Positions 50,797 through 64,000 of a stretch of DNA of 64,000 nt are shown here, piece after piece. The notes under the pieces are model-generated. The model did not search any database, was not told the origin of the DNA, and worked only from the letters and a program-made list of their open reading frames with translations. How positions within the stretch are numbered: the first letter of the stretch is position 1; each line of letters starts with the position of its first letter. The position numbers were made by a program, and so were the translations under genes. The DNA comes from Chiloscyllium plagiosum (Eukaryota): the NCBI RefSeq assembly GCF_004010195.1, contig NC_057749.1, positions 20,879,674-20,943,673 of the forward strand. Direction: 5' to 3'.

Positions 50797-53088
50797 TTTG
50801 ATTTGATTTACTATTGTCACATGTACCTCGGTACAATGAAAAGTTTTGTTTTCACAGTTTCATAATAATAGAAGCAGGAGTAGGCCATTTGGCTCGTCGA
50901 GCCTGCTCCACCACTCATTAAGATCATTGTTGCTCTATCCAGTGTCTCAGCTCCTCCTACTTGCGGTATCCCCATAACCCTTCATTCCCCTACCATGCAA
51001 AAACACATCCAACTGTGTCTTGAATATATTTATGGAGCTACCTCTACTGCTTCCTTGCGCACAGAATTCCATGAATTCACTACTCTGGAAAAATTGTTCC
51101 TCCTCATCTCTGTCCGAAATCTACTCCCCTTAATGTTGAGGCCATGTCCCCCAGTCCTAATCTCACCCACCAGTGCAAACAACTTGCTGCCTCTGTCTTG
51201 TCTATCCCCTTCATAATTTCATATGTTTCTATAAGATCCCCTCTCATTCTTCTAAATTCTAGCGCGTACAGTCCCAGGCAGCTCAACCTCTCCTCATGGG
51301 GTAACTCCCCCACCTCCAGAATCAACCCGGTGACCCTCCTCTGCACCGCCCCCAAAGCCAGTATATCCTTCCTCAAGTAAGGAGACCAAAACTGTGCACA
51401 ATACTCCAGGTGCAGTCTCACCAACATCCTGTCCAATTGCAGCAGAACCTCTCTGTACTTAAATTCAATCCCTCTAGCGAAGAAAGCCAATATTTCATTT
51501 GCCTTCTTGATTATCTGTTGCATCTGCAAATCAACTTTTAGCGATTCATGTATGAGCACTCCTAAGTCCCTCTGCACAACAGCATGCTGCGATCTTTCAC
51601 CATTTAAATAATACTCTCACCTACTTTATTTACTTCCAAAGAGGAGAATCTCTCATTTACCAACATTGTACTCCATCTGCCAGACCCTTGCCCACTCACT
51701 TAGCCTATCTAAATCTCTCTGCAGGCCCTCCACATCCTCTGCACAGTTTGCCTTTCCACTCAATTTAGTGTCATCAGCAAACTTGGATATGTTACATTCG
51801 GCCTCCTCTTCCAAATCATTTACATATATCATGTACAGTTGCGGGCCCAACACTGACCCTTGTGGCACCCCACTCACCACTGATCACCAACCAGAGAATT
51901 ACCCATTTCTATCCCAACTCTCTGCTTTCTATTGGTTAACCAGTCCTCCATCCATGCTAGCACATTTCCTGCAACTCCATGCATTCTTATCTTATGGATG
52001 AGTCTTTTATGCAGTATCTTATTGAATGCATTCTGGAAATCCAAGTATACAACATCAACCTGTTCCTCTCCATCCACCATGCTTGTTACATCCTCAAAGA
52101 ACTCTGGTAAGTTTGTCAAACACGACCTTTCCTTCCTGAATCCAAGCTGCGTCTGCCTGATGGAACCCTTTCCAACCAGATGTCTCACTATTTCTTCTTT
52201 AATGATAGCCTCCAGCATTTTCCTGACTACAGGTGTTAAGCTAACTGGCCTATAGTTACCTGCCTTTTTAAACAGGGGCGTGACATTTGCTGTCTTCCAG
52301 TCCACCAGGACCTGCCCGGAGTCCAGAGAATTTTGGTGATTTACCACTAACACATCGACTATAACTTCCGCGAATTCTTTCAGCACCCTACGATGCATTC
52401 CATCAGAGCCAGGGGACTTATCTATCCTTAGACCCTCAAGTTGGCTCAATGCTACCCCTTTCATGATAACAACTGAATTGAGGCCATTATCTCCCATCAT
52501 ATCCTTAACATCATTCTTTAGCATCTTTAGACACATCTTCCACTGTGAAGACTGACACAAAATAGTTCTTCAAGACCTCAGCTGGTTCAGCATTAGCCAA
52601 TATTAATTCCCCATTCTCATCCTACAAGGGACTTACATCCACTTTAGCCACCTTTTCCATTTTATACATTTCTAAAAATTTTTCCTGCCTGTTTTTATAT
52701 TCTGTGCTAGTTTGCCTTCATAATCTATCTTTCCTTTCTTTGTTTCTTTTTACAGTTTTCCCAGTTTTCCCGTTTCCCACTACTCTTGGCTACTTTTGCA
52801 TGCAGTACAGGCAGATCATAACATACAAAGCTCATAGGGTAATGGAACAAAGCAAGGAATGCAAAGTTATGGCTACAAAGAAGGTGCATAAAAGCAAAAT
52901 CAACATTAGGTTTGAATTTTGAGAAGTCCATTCAGAAGTCTAATAATGCCAGGCAGGAAGCTGTTCTTGAATCGGTTGAACGTGTGCTCAAGCTTTTACA
53001 TTTCCTGCCTGATGGAAGAGTTTGGAAGAGATTATAACTGGGGTAGGCGGGGTCTTTGATGATGTTGGCTGCCTTTCCGAGGCATCGA
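50797..53088 (-). mobile_element. Rex1/Babar LINE 3' end split by a CR1
   Basis: RCLGKAANIIKDPAYPSYNLFQTLPSGRK...RFKNSFLPGIIRLLN at 52925-53088; tail at 50797-50852. Confidence 0.85.
50853..52793 (-). mobile_element. CR1 LINE, 5'-truncated
   Basis: [30 protein letters not shown]. Confidence 0.95.
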
Positions 53089-53439
53089 GATGCGCGGGTT
53101 AGGGGATTATAGCTTGTTTAAATGAGAAAACTCAACATGGAAACTAGCATGGATTCAGCTCACATTTACTCTGACATACTCGTACGCACAGCCAAAGTAT
53201 ATCTTAAAGCATGATCCAGGGGCAATGAGTTGCATGCACTCCACGCACTGGAATTTCATCGAACATTTCTCAATGCCTCACAACCATCATAGCATCTCTC
53301 TGAGACAATGGCAGGCTGCACTCACTGCCGGTGTTGAGGGGCTACACCAGGGACACTCTGCACAGGAGCCAAGACCCAGCTCATGGTTTGGACCAGAAAG
53401 AGGGACATTTTAATGAACCACACACTTAAATGGTGGTGC

Positions 53440-54200
53440 AACAGCTACATGAGGGAGATGCCATCCTTTCCTGGTAACTCTGAATATGACAGCTTCTGAA
53501 CATCTGTCCAAACAGAGTGGTGGGTGACCTGTGTGGGATGTCTTGGTCGTGCTCCCACAGATGTGTCAGGTCAGTGTCTGATTAGTGCAAGATCATTCCA
53601 GTTCATTTTGTTTCTCAATGATAAGGTCAATGCTTCACTCTGAGCAGTCAGATTTTGAAACAAGGCTGTCTCGCAGACAGTTGGCAGTGAGAGGGCTGCA
53701 TCACAACACTATAAAATTCAACATAAGAAGGGGTTCCATTCCTTAAATGTTAAGGTCATCTGTGATCACCTGAAGCTATGTGTCCGCTACCCTGGCAACT
53801 GCTACGGCTCCTATATCCTGGAGCACCTTCGTGTACCCAGTGTGTTTAAGGGTCCAGGTGCCTGACAAGCCTGGTTACTGGGGCACAAGGGCTACTCACT
53901 GCCACCAGGCCCAATGACACCATTGCACAACTCCTTAGATGATCGGAGCACAGATAAATGCCGTCCATATTTGGACCAGGCTGTAGTGGGGCGGATGATT
54001 GGGCTGCTGAAGATGCAGTTCCATTGCTTGGGGCACTGCAGGATTATCTAGACAGAGTGTGTTGCATCATCCTGGTCTGCTATGTTCTTCATAATTGCAG
54101 CAGGCAATGAGGTGACGTGTTAGATGTTGATAAACTGGGGAAGTGGGAGCAATGTTCTGAGAAGGACGATGAGGACACGTGGGAGGAGGGAGCTGTCCTT
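53440..54200 (+). pseudogene. Fossil PIF/Harbinger DDE transposase
   Basis: VGDLCGMS..SHRCVRSV; from 53725 KKGFHSLNVKVICDH..RYPGNC..YIL..WLLGHKGYSL..MTPL; IGLLKMQFHCL; GALQ..RVCCIILVCYVLHN. Confidence 0.9.
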
Positions 54201-54775
54201 GTGCATTACAGAGCTCATTGTGCTGGGCGTTAAAAGCCAGACAGGACCTGATTGGTACCTAGTTCCAGTCAATGAGACCAGGGTGAAGTAGGCCATCATG
54301 GAATGTAAAATTGACACTGTTCCAAGATACCAGTATTTGACTTGCATTGATTGGGTGATTCTGTTCATTTTGTTTGTGTTCATTTTTTGCAATTGCAAAT
54401 AAAAGCTCATGTTGGAATTATCCAACTGCTTGTCCGTGCTTGATGACGATGATCTATGGATGTCCAGTGGGCATTGGGGCAAACGTAATAGACCCTTTTC
54501 CCTAGGAGAGTGTTTTTCAAGACTAGGGCGCATATTTTTAAGGTGAGAGGAGAAAGATTTTAAAAAGACATAAAGGGCATTTTATTTTTACACAGAGAGC
54601 GGTTCATGTGTGGAATGAACTTCGAGAAGAAGTGGTGGATGCAGGTTTAGTTGCATGATTTAAAAGACATTTAGAAAGTACATGAATAAAAAAAAATTTG
54701 GATGGATAGGCAGGTGGGACTAGTTTCATTTGGGATTATGGTAGGCATGGACTGGTTGGACCGAAGGGCCTGTTT

Positions 54776-56655
54776 ATAGACAATAGACAATAGGTGCAGA
54801 AATAGGCCATTCTGCCCTTCGAACCTGCACCACCATTCAATATGATCATGGCTGATCATCCTTAATCAGTATCCTGTTCCTGCCTTACCTCCATAACCCT
54901 TGATTCCACTATCCTTGAGAGCTCTATCCAACTCTTTCTTAAATGAATCCAGAGACTGGGCCTCCACTGCCCTCTGGGGCAGAGCATTCCACACAGCCAC
55001 CACCCTCTGGGTGAAGAAGTTTCTCCTCATCTCTGTCCTAAATGGTCTACCCCGTATTTTTAAGCTGTGTCCACTGGTTTGGCACTCACTCACCAGCGGA
55101 AACATATTTTCTGCCTCCAGAGGGTCCAATCCTTTAATAATCTTATATGTCTCAATCAGATCCCCTCTCAATCTGCTAAACTCAAGGGTATACAAGCCCA
55201 GTCGCTCCAGTCTTTCAGCATAAGGTATTCCCGCCATTCCAGGAATTGACCTCATGAACCTGCACTGCACTCCCTCAATAGCCAGAATGTCTTTCCTCAA
55301 ATTTGGAGACCAGAACTGCACACAGTACTCCAGGTGAGGTCTCACCAGGGCCCTGTACAGCTGCAGAAGAAACTCTTTGCTTCTATATTCAATCCTCTTG
55401 TTATGAAGGCCAGCATGCTATTAGCCTTCTTCACTACCTGCTGTACCAGCATGCTTACCTCCATTGACTGGTGTACAAGAACACCCAGATCTCTCTGTAC
55501 TGCCCCTTTACCTAAATTGATTCCATTTAGGTAGTAATCTGCCTTCCTGTTCTTGCCACCAAAGTGGATAACCATACATTTATCCACATTAAACTGCATC
55601 TGCATCTGCCCACTCACCTAACTTGTCCAGGTCACCCTGTAATCTCCAAACATCCTCATCACATTTCACCCTGCCACCCAGCCTAGTATCATCAGCAAAT
55701 TTGCTAATGCTATTACTAATATCATCTTCTATATCATTAACATATATTATAAAAAGCTGCGGTCCCAGNNNNNNNNNNNNNNNNNNNNNNNNNNNNNNNN
55801 NNNNNNNNNNNNNNNNNNNNNNNNNNNNNNNNNNNNNNNNNNNNNNNNNNNNNNNNNNNNNNNNNNNNNNNNNNNNNNNNNNNNNNNNNNNNNNNNNNNN
55901 NNNNNNNNNNNNNNNNNNNNNNNNNNNNNNNNNNNNNNNNNNNNNNNNNNNNNNNNNNNNNNNNNNNNNNNNNNNNNNNNNNNNNNNNNNNNNNNNNNNN
56001 NNNNNNNNNNNNNNNNNNNNNNNNNNNNNNNNNNNNNNNNNNNNNNNNNNNNNNNNNNNNNNNNNNNNNNNNNNNNNNNNNNNNNNNNNNNNNNNNNNNN
56101 NNNNNNNNNNNNNNNNNNNNNNNNNNNNNNNNNNNNNNNNNNNNNNNNNNNNNNNNNNNNNNNNNNNNNNNNNNNNNNNNNNNNNNNNNNNNNNNNNNNN
56201 NNNNNNNNNNNNNNNNNNNNNNNNNNNNNNNNNNNNNNNNNNNNNNNNNNNNNNNNNNNNNNNNNNNNNNNNGGCCAGTTTACCTTCGTACCTCATTTTT
56301 TCTCTGCGTATTTCCTTCTTAGTAATCCTCTGTTATTCTTTAAAAGCTTTCCAGTCCTCCATTTTGACACTTATCTTTGCTATGTTATACTTTTTCTCTT
56401 TTAACTTTATATGTTTCTTAACTTCCCTCGTCAGCCACGGCCACCCCTGCCTCCTCCTAGGATCTTTCTTCCTTTTTGGAATGAACTGATCCTGCATCTT
56501 CTGCATTGTACACAGAAATATCTGCCATTGTTCCTCCACTCTCATCGCTGCTAAGGTATTGCACCATTGAACTTTGGCCAGCTCCTCCCTCATAGCTCCA
56601 TAGTTCCCCTTATTCAACAGAAATATTGTCATTTCCGATTGTACCCTCTCCCTCT
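54776..56655 (-). mobile_element. Young CR1 LINE inserted in the 3' tail of another CR1 (54490-54775 +, tail resumes near 56656)
   Basis: RPHLEYCVQFWSP, KFADDTR; (CTATTGT)n tail. Confidence 0.93.
55769..56272. other. Assembly gap (N run)
   Basis: Run of n. Confidence 1.
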
Positions 56656-57614
56656 CTATGCTATATGACTCTATGACAATGACTAAGTCCCCAATCGGAG
56701 AATCATGTGGTGCAGTTGTAATGTTCCTATATCTGGGCTAGGAGGCCTGGGTTCAGATTCTATCCTGCTCTGGGATGTGCCATCACAGGTTGGTTAGAAG
56801 CTATCTAGATTTTAAAGCAAAAACCACTTGCATTTTTATAGCACTTTTCACAAATTCAGGACATTATTTTGGTTTTGAGTTAGTGGATATGTCATAGCAC
56901 TACTGATAAAATTGTCCACAGCAAATTCCAACAAACAACAGTAACACTGACCAGGTAATCAATTTTAATGACATTAGCTGTGAAATAATGTTACGATTAT
57001 TTGCTTTATAAGATTATTATCCATGGGGACAGTAGTTTTAAATGTAGGGTTAATTAGTTTCAGACAGACGAAGGGGGTGATGTGACCTATTCTGCAGTCT
57101 GTCTGACAATATAAACCTGTGTTAGTCAAGAGATCAAAGGAACTTTAGATTGTTTCACTTGGAAGAAAGTGTGAGGTATTTTCATTTGGCGATAATCTCA
57201 GCAGTCATGTAGTTTACAAAGTGTAGACTCTGAGTCTCCCAAGTCCTGGAAATATGTCATAAGGACTGAGTTGTAAGCAGCTTGTCCACTTCAAAAAAAA
57301 AGTTTGGGCACACTGGTAGTATCTCTGCCTCTGAGCCATAAAGACCTGAGTTCAAGTCCTAACCTGTTGAAGTGATGTGTCATAATGTTTGAATGTGTTG
57401 ACTTAAAAGAGGAGTGGAGAATAAGGATAGAACAGGGGCTACAGTGTGTACCATCTATAAGGTACCAAGACTCTTTTGACAGCACCTTTCACAGACAGGG
57501 CAGCAGATACATGGGAACAACACTAAATGCAGGTTCCCCTCCAAGCCACACATCATCCGAGCATGTTTTACATTCACTCATGGGATATGGCATCACTGGC
57601 TGGGCAAACATTTA

Positions 57615-60025
57615 TAGAACATGGAACATTACAGTGCAGTACAGGCCCTTCGGCACTCAATGCATGGAACCAATTTAAAGCATTTCTATTCTATACTATT
57701 CCATTTTCTTCCATATGTTTATCCAATGACCATTTAAATGCCCTTAAAGTTGGCAAGTCTACTACTGTTGCAGGCAGTGTGTTCCACACCCCTACTTCCC
57801 TCTGAGTAAAGAAACTACCTGTGACATCTGTCCATATCTATCATCCCCTCAATTTATGTCCCCCCATGTTAGCCATCACCATCTGAGGAAAAAGGCTCTC
57901 ACTGTCCACTCTATCGAACCCTCTGATGATCTTATTTGTCTCAATTAAGTTACCGCTCAACCTTCTTCACTCTAACAAAATAGCCTCAAGTCCCTCAGCC
58001 TTCCCTCACAAGACCTTCCCTCCATACCATGCAATATCCTAGTAAATCTCCTCTGAACCCTTTCTAAAGCTTCCACATCCTTCGTATAATGCAGTGACAT
58101 GAACTGGAAACAATATTCCAAGTGTGGCCGTACCAGTTTTGTACAGCTGCAACATGACGTTGTTGCTCTGAAAGTCAATCCTTCTACCAATATAAGCTAA
58201 CACACCATATACCTTCTTAACAACCCTATCAACCTAGGTGGCAAATTTCAGGCATCTATGTACATGGACACTGAGATCTCTCTGCTCATCCACACTACCA
58301 AGAATCTTAACATTAGCCCAGTACTCTGCATTCCTGTTGCAAAGTGAATCACCTTCTTCCAAAGTGAATCACCTCACACCTTAGATTTACAGATTACAGA
58401 ATTCCGCACAAAACTCCATTTGTCACCTCTCAGCCCAGTTCTGCAGCTTATCTGTGTCCCTCTGTCACCTGCAACATCCTTCAGCACTAACCACAGCTCC
58501 ACCAACCTTAGTGTCATCTATAAATATACTAGCCCATCCTTCTGCACCCTCATCTAGGTCATTTATAAAAATGGAAAACAGCAGTGGACCCAAAACAGAT
58601 CCTTGCAATACACCACTAGTAACTGAACTCCAGGATGAACATTTGCCATCAACCACTACCCCCTGTCTTCTTTCAGCTAGCTAATTTTTGATCGAAACCG
58701 CTAAATCATCCTCAGTCCCATGCCTCTGTATTTTGTGCAATAGCCTACTGTGGGGAACCTTGTGAAATCCATATTCAGAAGAACCTCAGTTATTCGAACG
58801 AGATGGGTGGCACTATTTCGTTCGGATAATTGATTATTCGGATGATCTATTTTATCTTAAACAGGGGAAGCCAAACTGATCTAACTCTGTGCTGTACCAG
58901 AGAATTTGTTTAAATCTATAATTTTAATGAGCCTGCCATTTAAATAAACTAATCTTTCAGTCTGCAAATTACAGGTTAAAATGAGAAGAACTAAACCCTT
59001 ACCATGAAATCCCAGCATTAAACAAGGGCCTGAGCAGCTTCCATGATTGTAAGGACAGTTACAGTATCAGTTTCCGGGAACTCAGTCTCATTATAGAAAG
59101 GTGGAATCCCTGCCTCATGCATGCGTTTACGTTGTTGGCCTTTAATGAACGGCCCAGTAAATTTCTGGGAATACTGTAAAACACTGACTTTTGCAAAGGG
59201 CTGTGTAACATCCCTTACCTAAATAGTATCCAGTCGCTGCTTGTGTTTCTTTGTTTTTGCTAGCGTTTTCACATTCTCGGTAGAGGTAAATCGAATACAC
59301 ATACACACTTACCTCTTTGATGTTTTTGCGAGACCTTGAAATCTTCTTCGGATAATCTGATATTTGGATAATCAATATTCTAATAATCGAGGTTCCTCTG
59401 TACATCACATCAACCACTTTACCTTCATCCACCTGTTTGGTCACCATCTCAAAGAACTCAATAAGGTTTGTAAGGCACGATTACCCTTCACAAAATTGTT
59501 GACTATTCTTAATCAACTTATTTCTCTCCAGATGATTGTAAATCCTATCTCTTTATAATCTTTTCCAACACTTAACCCACAATCGAAGAAATGCTCACTG
59601 GTCTATAATTACCAGGGTTGTCTCTACTCCCCTTCTTGAACAAGGGAACAACATTTGCTAACCTCCAGTCTTCTGGCACTATTCCTGTAGACAATGATGA
59701 CATAAAGATCAAAGCCAAAGGCTCGGCAATCTCCTGCCTGGCTTCACAGAGAATCTTAGGATAAATCCATCTGGCCCAGGGGACTTATCTATTTTCACAC
59801 TTTCCAGAATTGCTAACACCTCCTCCTTGTGAACATTAATTCGATTTAGTCTAGTAGCCTGTATCGACAACATTGTCTTTTTCCAGTGTAAATGCTGACA
59901 AAAAAATATTAATTTAGCTTTTCCCCACCTCCTCGAACTCCATGCACATCTTCCCACTACTATCCTTGATTGGCCCTAATCTTTCCCCAATCATTTTTTT
60001 ATTCCTAATATACCTATAGAAAACG
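57615..60025 (-). mobile_element. CR1 LINE, decayed, split by a MITE
   Basis: [34 protein letters not shown]. Confidence 0.93.
58776..59400. mobile_element. Tc1/mariner (Tigger-like) non-autonomous element, longer relative of 14631-14804
   Basis: TIR CAGAAGAACCTCAGTTATT / AATAATCGAGGTTCCTCTG; right flank TA. Confidence 0.85.
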
Positions 60026-60489
60026 TTATGGCTGCAGAACATGCTTCTTTGAGAGGAGCTGTCCATCCTGAATGTGGCTGTGCTCATTCACAAAATCAGA
60101 CAACCTTCTCCTTGGCTGAACACACAGAGCAATTGTCCTTCTGTGACAGTCATTGATGTGTATGGAAGCTGGTAACCTGATCTCAAAAATGGCACATACT
60201 CCCCTTTCCCCATGGCAAATTGCAATATGTTAATCCTTTATTTGACAAAATTGTTAATTTTATATATTAATTCATTCATGCGATGTAGCCAACATTGACT
60301 AAGTCAGCATTTTTACTCATCCCTAATTGTCCTGGAGAAGCCAGCACTGAGTGCTTTCTCAAGCCACTGCAGTCCTTGAGTGAAGGTGCATCCAGGGTGC
60401 TATTAGGAAGGGAATTCCAGAGTTTTGATTGATGACAGTAGAAGAACAGTGATATAGTTGCAAGCCTAGTCTACAGACTAGTTAAGTAA

Positions 60490-63350
60490 CAGCCTGACAC
60501 AGTCAGACTCACAGAATCATACAGATCCCAAACACCACTACCATCATACCTGGATATATCCTGCTTCACCAGTAGGACAGACCCAGTAGATATGGCAGTT
60601 TAGTCTATGCAGTCAGGAGCAGATGGCCTGTGGCAGCTTATGAGGGAAACAACAAGAGGGAAAATCCTACTTGACCCCATCCTAACTGTGGGAGAAATTT
60701 GCCCAATAGATTAGAGATCACAAAACACAGCTCGAAGTGAAATTGACAAACAGCTTATTGCAAGCGATATCGCTGGAGGAGAAATTGATGTAGGCTGACA
60801 CAGAACTGACAGTCTGCACAGATAGATCCGACTTCTCCTCCCAGAGCTGAGGATGAGACCAGTTTTATAGTAATACTGCACAATGACACTGATTAAGAAA
60901 TGGGAAACCACAATGTTTCTGGAAATGGAGTAATTTAGTTGCAAGGATGCTAATTGGAAAATAGTTTATTGGATGAATGTCCTGCTCCTTCACACAATGC
61001 AACATCCTGACAGTATCATGGTTCCATTCATCTTCACACGTAGGTGTTAAAGTCTTTTCTGAAGTGGTGAGGTGCTTCCATTATCCTGTGGTGTCTCTCT
61101 GTCTGTCCTGCTCTTTGTGTGGCTTTGGTATCGCTGAGTTGTGAAACTGCCCTTAGGGCTTTGAGATCTCTGTCATGTCCATGGGAGCTTAAAGCGTATT
61201 CCATTGTCTGCGTGCTGTCTGACCCAGTTTGTGAGCTGCTCGGGAATTCAGGGTGTCCTTTTGTGGGCCTATCGTGGGTTAGCAAACCCTTTCCCACACT
61301 TACCAATCTACTAACTGCAGATGCATCCATGACAGTATCAGTAAGCATGACCATCATACAGTCCTTGTGGAGACGAAGTCTCACCTTCACATTGAGAATG
61401 CCCTTCGTTTTGCGTGGCTACATCACTGTACTAAATGGGACAGACTTTGAACAGATCTAGCAACTCAAGACTGGACATCCTTGCATTAACAGCAGCAGAA
61501 TTGTACTCCAGTACAATCTGCAACCTCATGGCCCGGCATATCCCCCACTCAACCATGACCATCAAGCCAGGGGATCAATCCTGGTTCAATCGAGTGTGCG
61601 GGAGGTCATGCCCGAATCAGCACAGGCATATCTAAAACTTGGTGGAGTTACCAAACAGGACTATTTGCGTGTCACACAGCATTAGCAGCAAATGATAGAC
61701 ACAGCTAAGCGATCGCACAGCCATCGGATCAAATCTCAGATCAGCAGTCCTGCCACATCCAGTCATGAATGGTGGTGGACAATTGAACAACATTGGAGGA
61801 GGAGGCTGCACAAATATCCCCATCCTCAACGATGGGACAGCCCAGTATATCAGTGTAAGAGATAAGATTAAAACATTCTCAGTCTTTAGCCAATTCAGTT
61901 TACTGTGTGTGATATTAAGAAATGGAGGCACTTGATTGTGCATAGTTTTGGGTCCTGACAACATTCTGGCAATAGTACTAAAGACTTATGCTCCTGAACT
62001 TGCTGCTCCCCCTAGCCAAGCTGTTCCAACACAGCTACAACACTGGCATCTACTTGAGATTTCGGGAACTTACCCAGGTAGTTCCTGTACAGATAAAACA
62101 GGACAAATCTGACCCGGCCAATTGTTGCCCCATCAATGTACTCCTGATCATCAATAAAATGATGGAAGGTCTCATCAACAGTGCTATCACTGCTCAGCAA
62201 TAAACTGCTCAGTGACGCCACATTTGGGTCCCTCCAGAGCCACTTGCCTGGATGGGTGCAGTTCCCGCAACATTCAATTTCTTCCAACCTTGGTTCAAAC
62301 ATGGATAAAAGGAATGAATTCCATTGGTGAGATGAGAATGACAACCCATGACATCAAGGCTGCGTAAAACTGAGGGTGGCATCAAGGAGCCCTAGTAAAA
62401 CCGAAATCAATGGGTATCAGAGGGCAAATTTTCTGGTGGTTGAAGTTATATCTGGCACATAGGAAGATGGTCATGATTGTTGGAGGTTAGTCATCTAAGC
62501 TCCAGGATATCCCTGCAGGAGTTCCTTAGGGTAGTGTCCTAGGCCCATCTTCTGTTGCGCATCAATAACCTTCCCTCCAGCATGAGGTCAGAAATGGGGA
62601 TGTTTGCCATTGATTGCACAGTGTTTAGCACCATGATCAAATGTACAAGAACTGGACAATCTCCAGGTTTGGGCTGACAAGTGGCAAGTAACATTCGTGC
62701 CACACGAGTACCAGGTAATGACCATCTCCAACAAGAGAGAATCTAACCACCATCCCGTGACAGACAAAGGCATTACTATCATTGAAGCACACTCTGTCAA
62801 CAACCTGAGGATCACCATTGATGAAAACTGAACTGGACTAGTCATATTAATGCAGTGGCTGCAAGAGCAGGTCAGAGGCTAGGAATACTGCTGCGAGTAA
62901 GTCATCTCCTGACTCCCCAAAGCCTGTCCACAATCTACAAGGCACAAGTCAGGAGAGTGATGGAATACTCTCCACTTGCCTGGATGGGTGCAGTTCCCGC
63001 AACATTCAAGAGCTTGACACCATCCACTTCCTCCACCATCAACGCAGTGTGTACTATCTTCAAGATACACTGTGGAAATTCACCAAAGATCCTGAGACAG
63101 CACCTTCCAAACTCACGACCACTTCCATCTAGAAGTAAATGAGCAACAGATACACATGGGAACGCCACCCCCTGCAAGTTCTCTTCCAAGCCACTGACCA
63201 TCCTGACTTGGAAATATATTGCCATTCCTTCACTGTCACTGTCAAAATCATGGACTTCCCTCCCTCAGGACAATGTGGCCAACCTACAGCATGTGGACTG
63301 CAGTGATTCACCATCTCCTTCTCAATGACAATTAGAGATGGACAATTAGG
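60490..63350 (+). mobile_element. Divergent CR1/L2-group LINE, decayed EN-RT-3' UTR, split by a solo LTR
   Basis: PLAKLFQHSYNTGIY, KQDKSDPAN, GSVLGP, LSTIYKAQVRRVMEYSPLAW. Confidence 0.85.
60687..61298 (+). mobile_element. 612-bp solo LTR of unassigned family
   Basis: TGTGGGAGA...TTTCCCACA termini; 5-bp TSD CTAAC/CTTAC; removal rejoins the host LINE. Confidence 0.8.
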
Positions 63351-63632
63351 ATAATTGTTATGGGGGACTTTAACTTTACAAATATTGACTGGAAATACTA
63401 CAGTTCAAGTACTTGGGATGGGTCAGTTTTTGTCCAATATGTGCAGGATGGTTTCCTGACATATTATGTAGACAAGCCAACAAGGGGCGAGGCCACATTG
63501 GATTTGGTACTGGGAAATGAACCCGGCCAGGTGTTAGATTTGGAGATAGGTGAGCACTTTGGTGATAGTGACCACAATTTGGTTATGTTTACTTTCGCGA
63601 TGGAAAGGGATAGGTATATACCGCAGGGCAAC
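63350..63632 (+). mobile_element. Internal CR1 endonuclease fragment without a 3' tail
   Basis: MGDFNFTNIDW...PTRGEATLDLVLGNEPGQV...FGDSDHN. Confidence 0.88.
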
Positions 63633-64000
63633 ACTGACACCGTTCATTGGATGTGGGTGATGTTGGCCAGTCCAGCATTTTATTGCCCGTCTCTCATTAC
63701 CCAGAGGGTAGTTAAAACTCGACTGCATTGCTGCAGATCTGGAGTGACTTGTAGGCCAGACTGGGTAAGAATGATAGTTTTCCTTCCCTAAAGGACATTA
63801 GTGAACCAGCTGAGTTTTAATGACAATTGATAATGGTTACATGGTTATCATTGGGTAGCTTTTAATTCCAGATGTTTTAGTCAACTTAAAATTTCACTGT
63901 CTGCTGTGGTGGCATTCTCTCTTGTTGGAGATGGTCATTGCCTGGTTCCCATAAACACATGTCTATCAAAGGCCTTTCCAGTTATAATGCAATCCTGGTG

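Noticed and set aside
55589..56489. ORFs of 235 and 288 aa
   Set aside because: They span the second N gap inside a CR1.

Overview
Eukaryotic, almost entirely repeat-derived DNA. The HE1/V-SINE, CR1 and Penelope content points to a shark or ray, probably a carpet/bamboo shark (inference). I found no intact host protein-coding gene, rRNA, tRNA or CRISPR array; nearly all listed ORFs are decayed transposon fragments or chance frames. The window holds many nested CR1 LINE fragments, a second divergent CR1/L2-group LINE, RTE and Rex1 remnants, HE1, Deu- and Meta-type SINEs, three solo LTRs, three TA-targeting MITEs, two fossil Harbinger transposases and two N gaps. The most notable structure is a dozen Penelope-like (GIY-YIG) insertions and mini-derivatives from several families. 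Most carry minimal hammerhead-ribozyme motifs, many form fold-back palindromes centred at the ribozyme, and most are flanked by 13-15 bp target-site duplications. Two contain inverted copies of the neighbouring target DNA. Hammerheads in Penelope elements are known; the fold-back mini-element architecture and flank capture are the observations worth testing. Boundaries were read by eye and are approximate unless a TSD is quoted.
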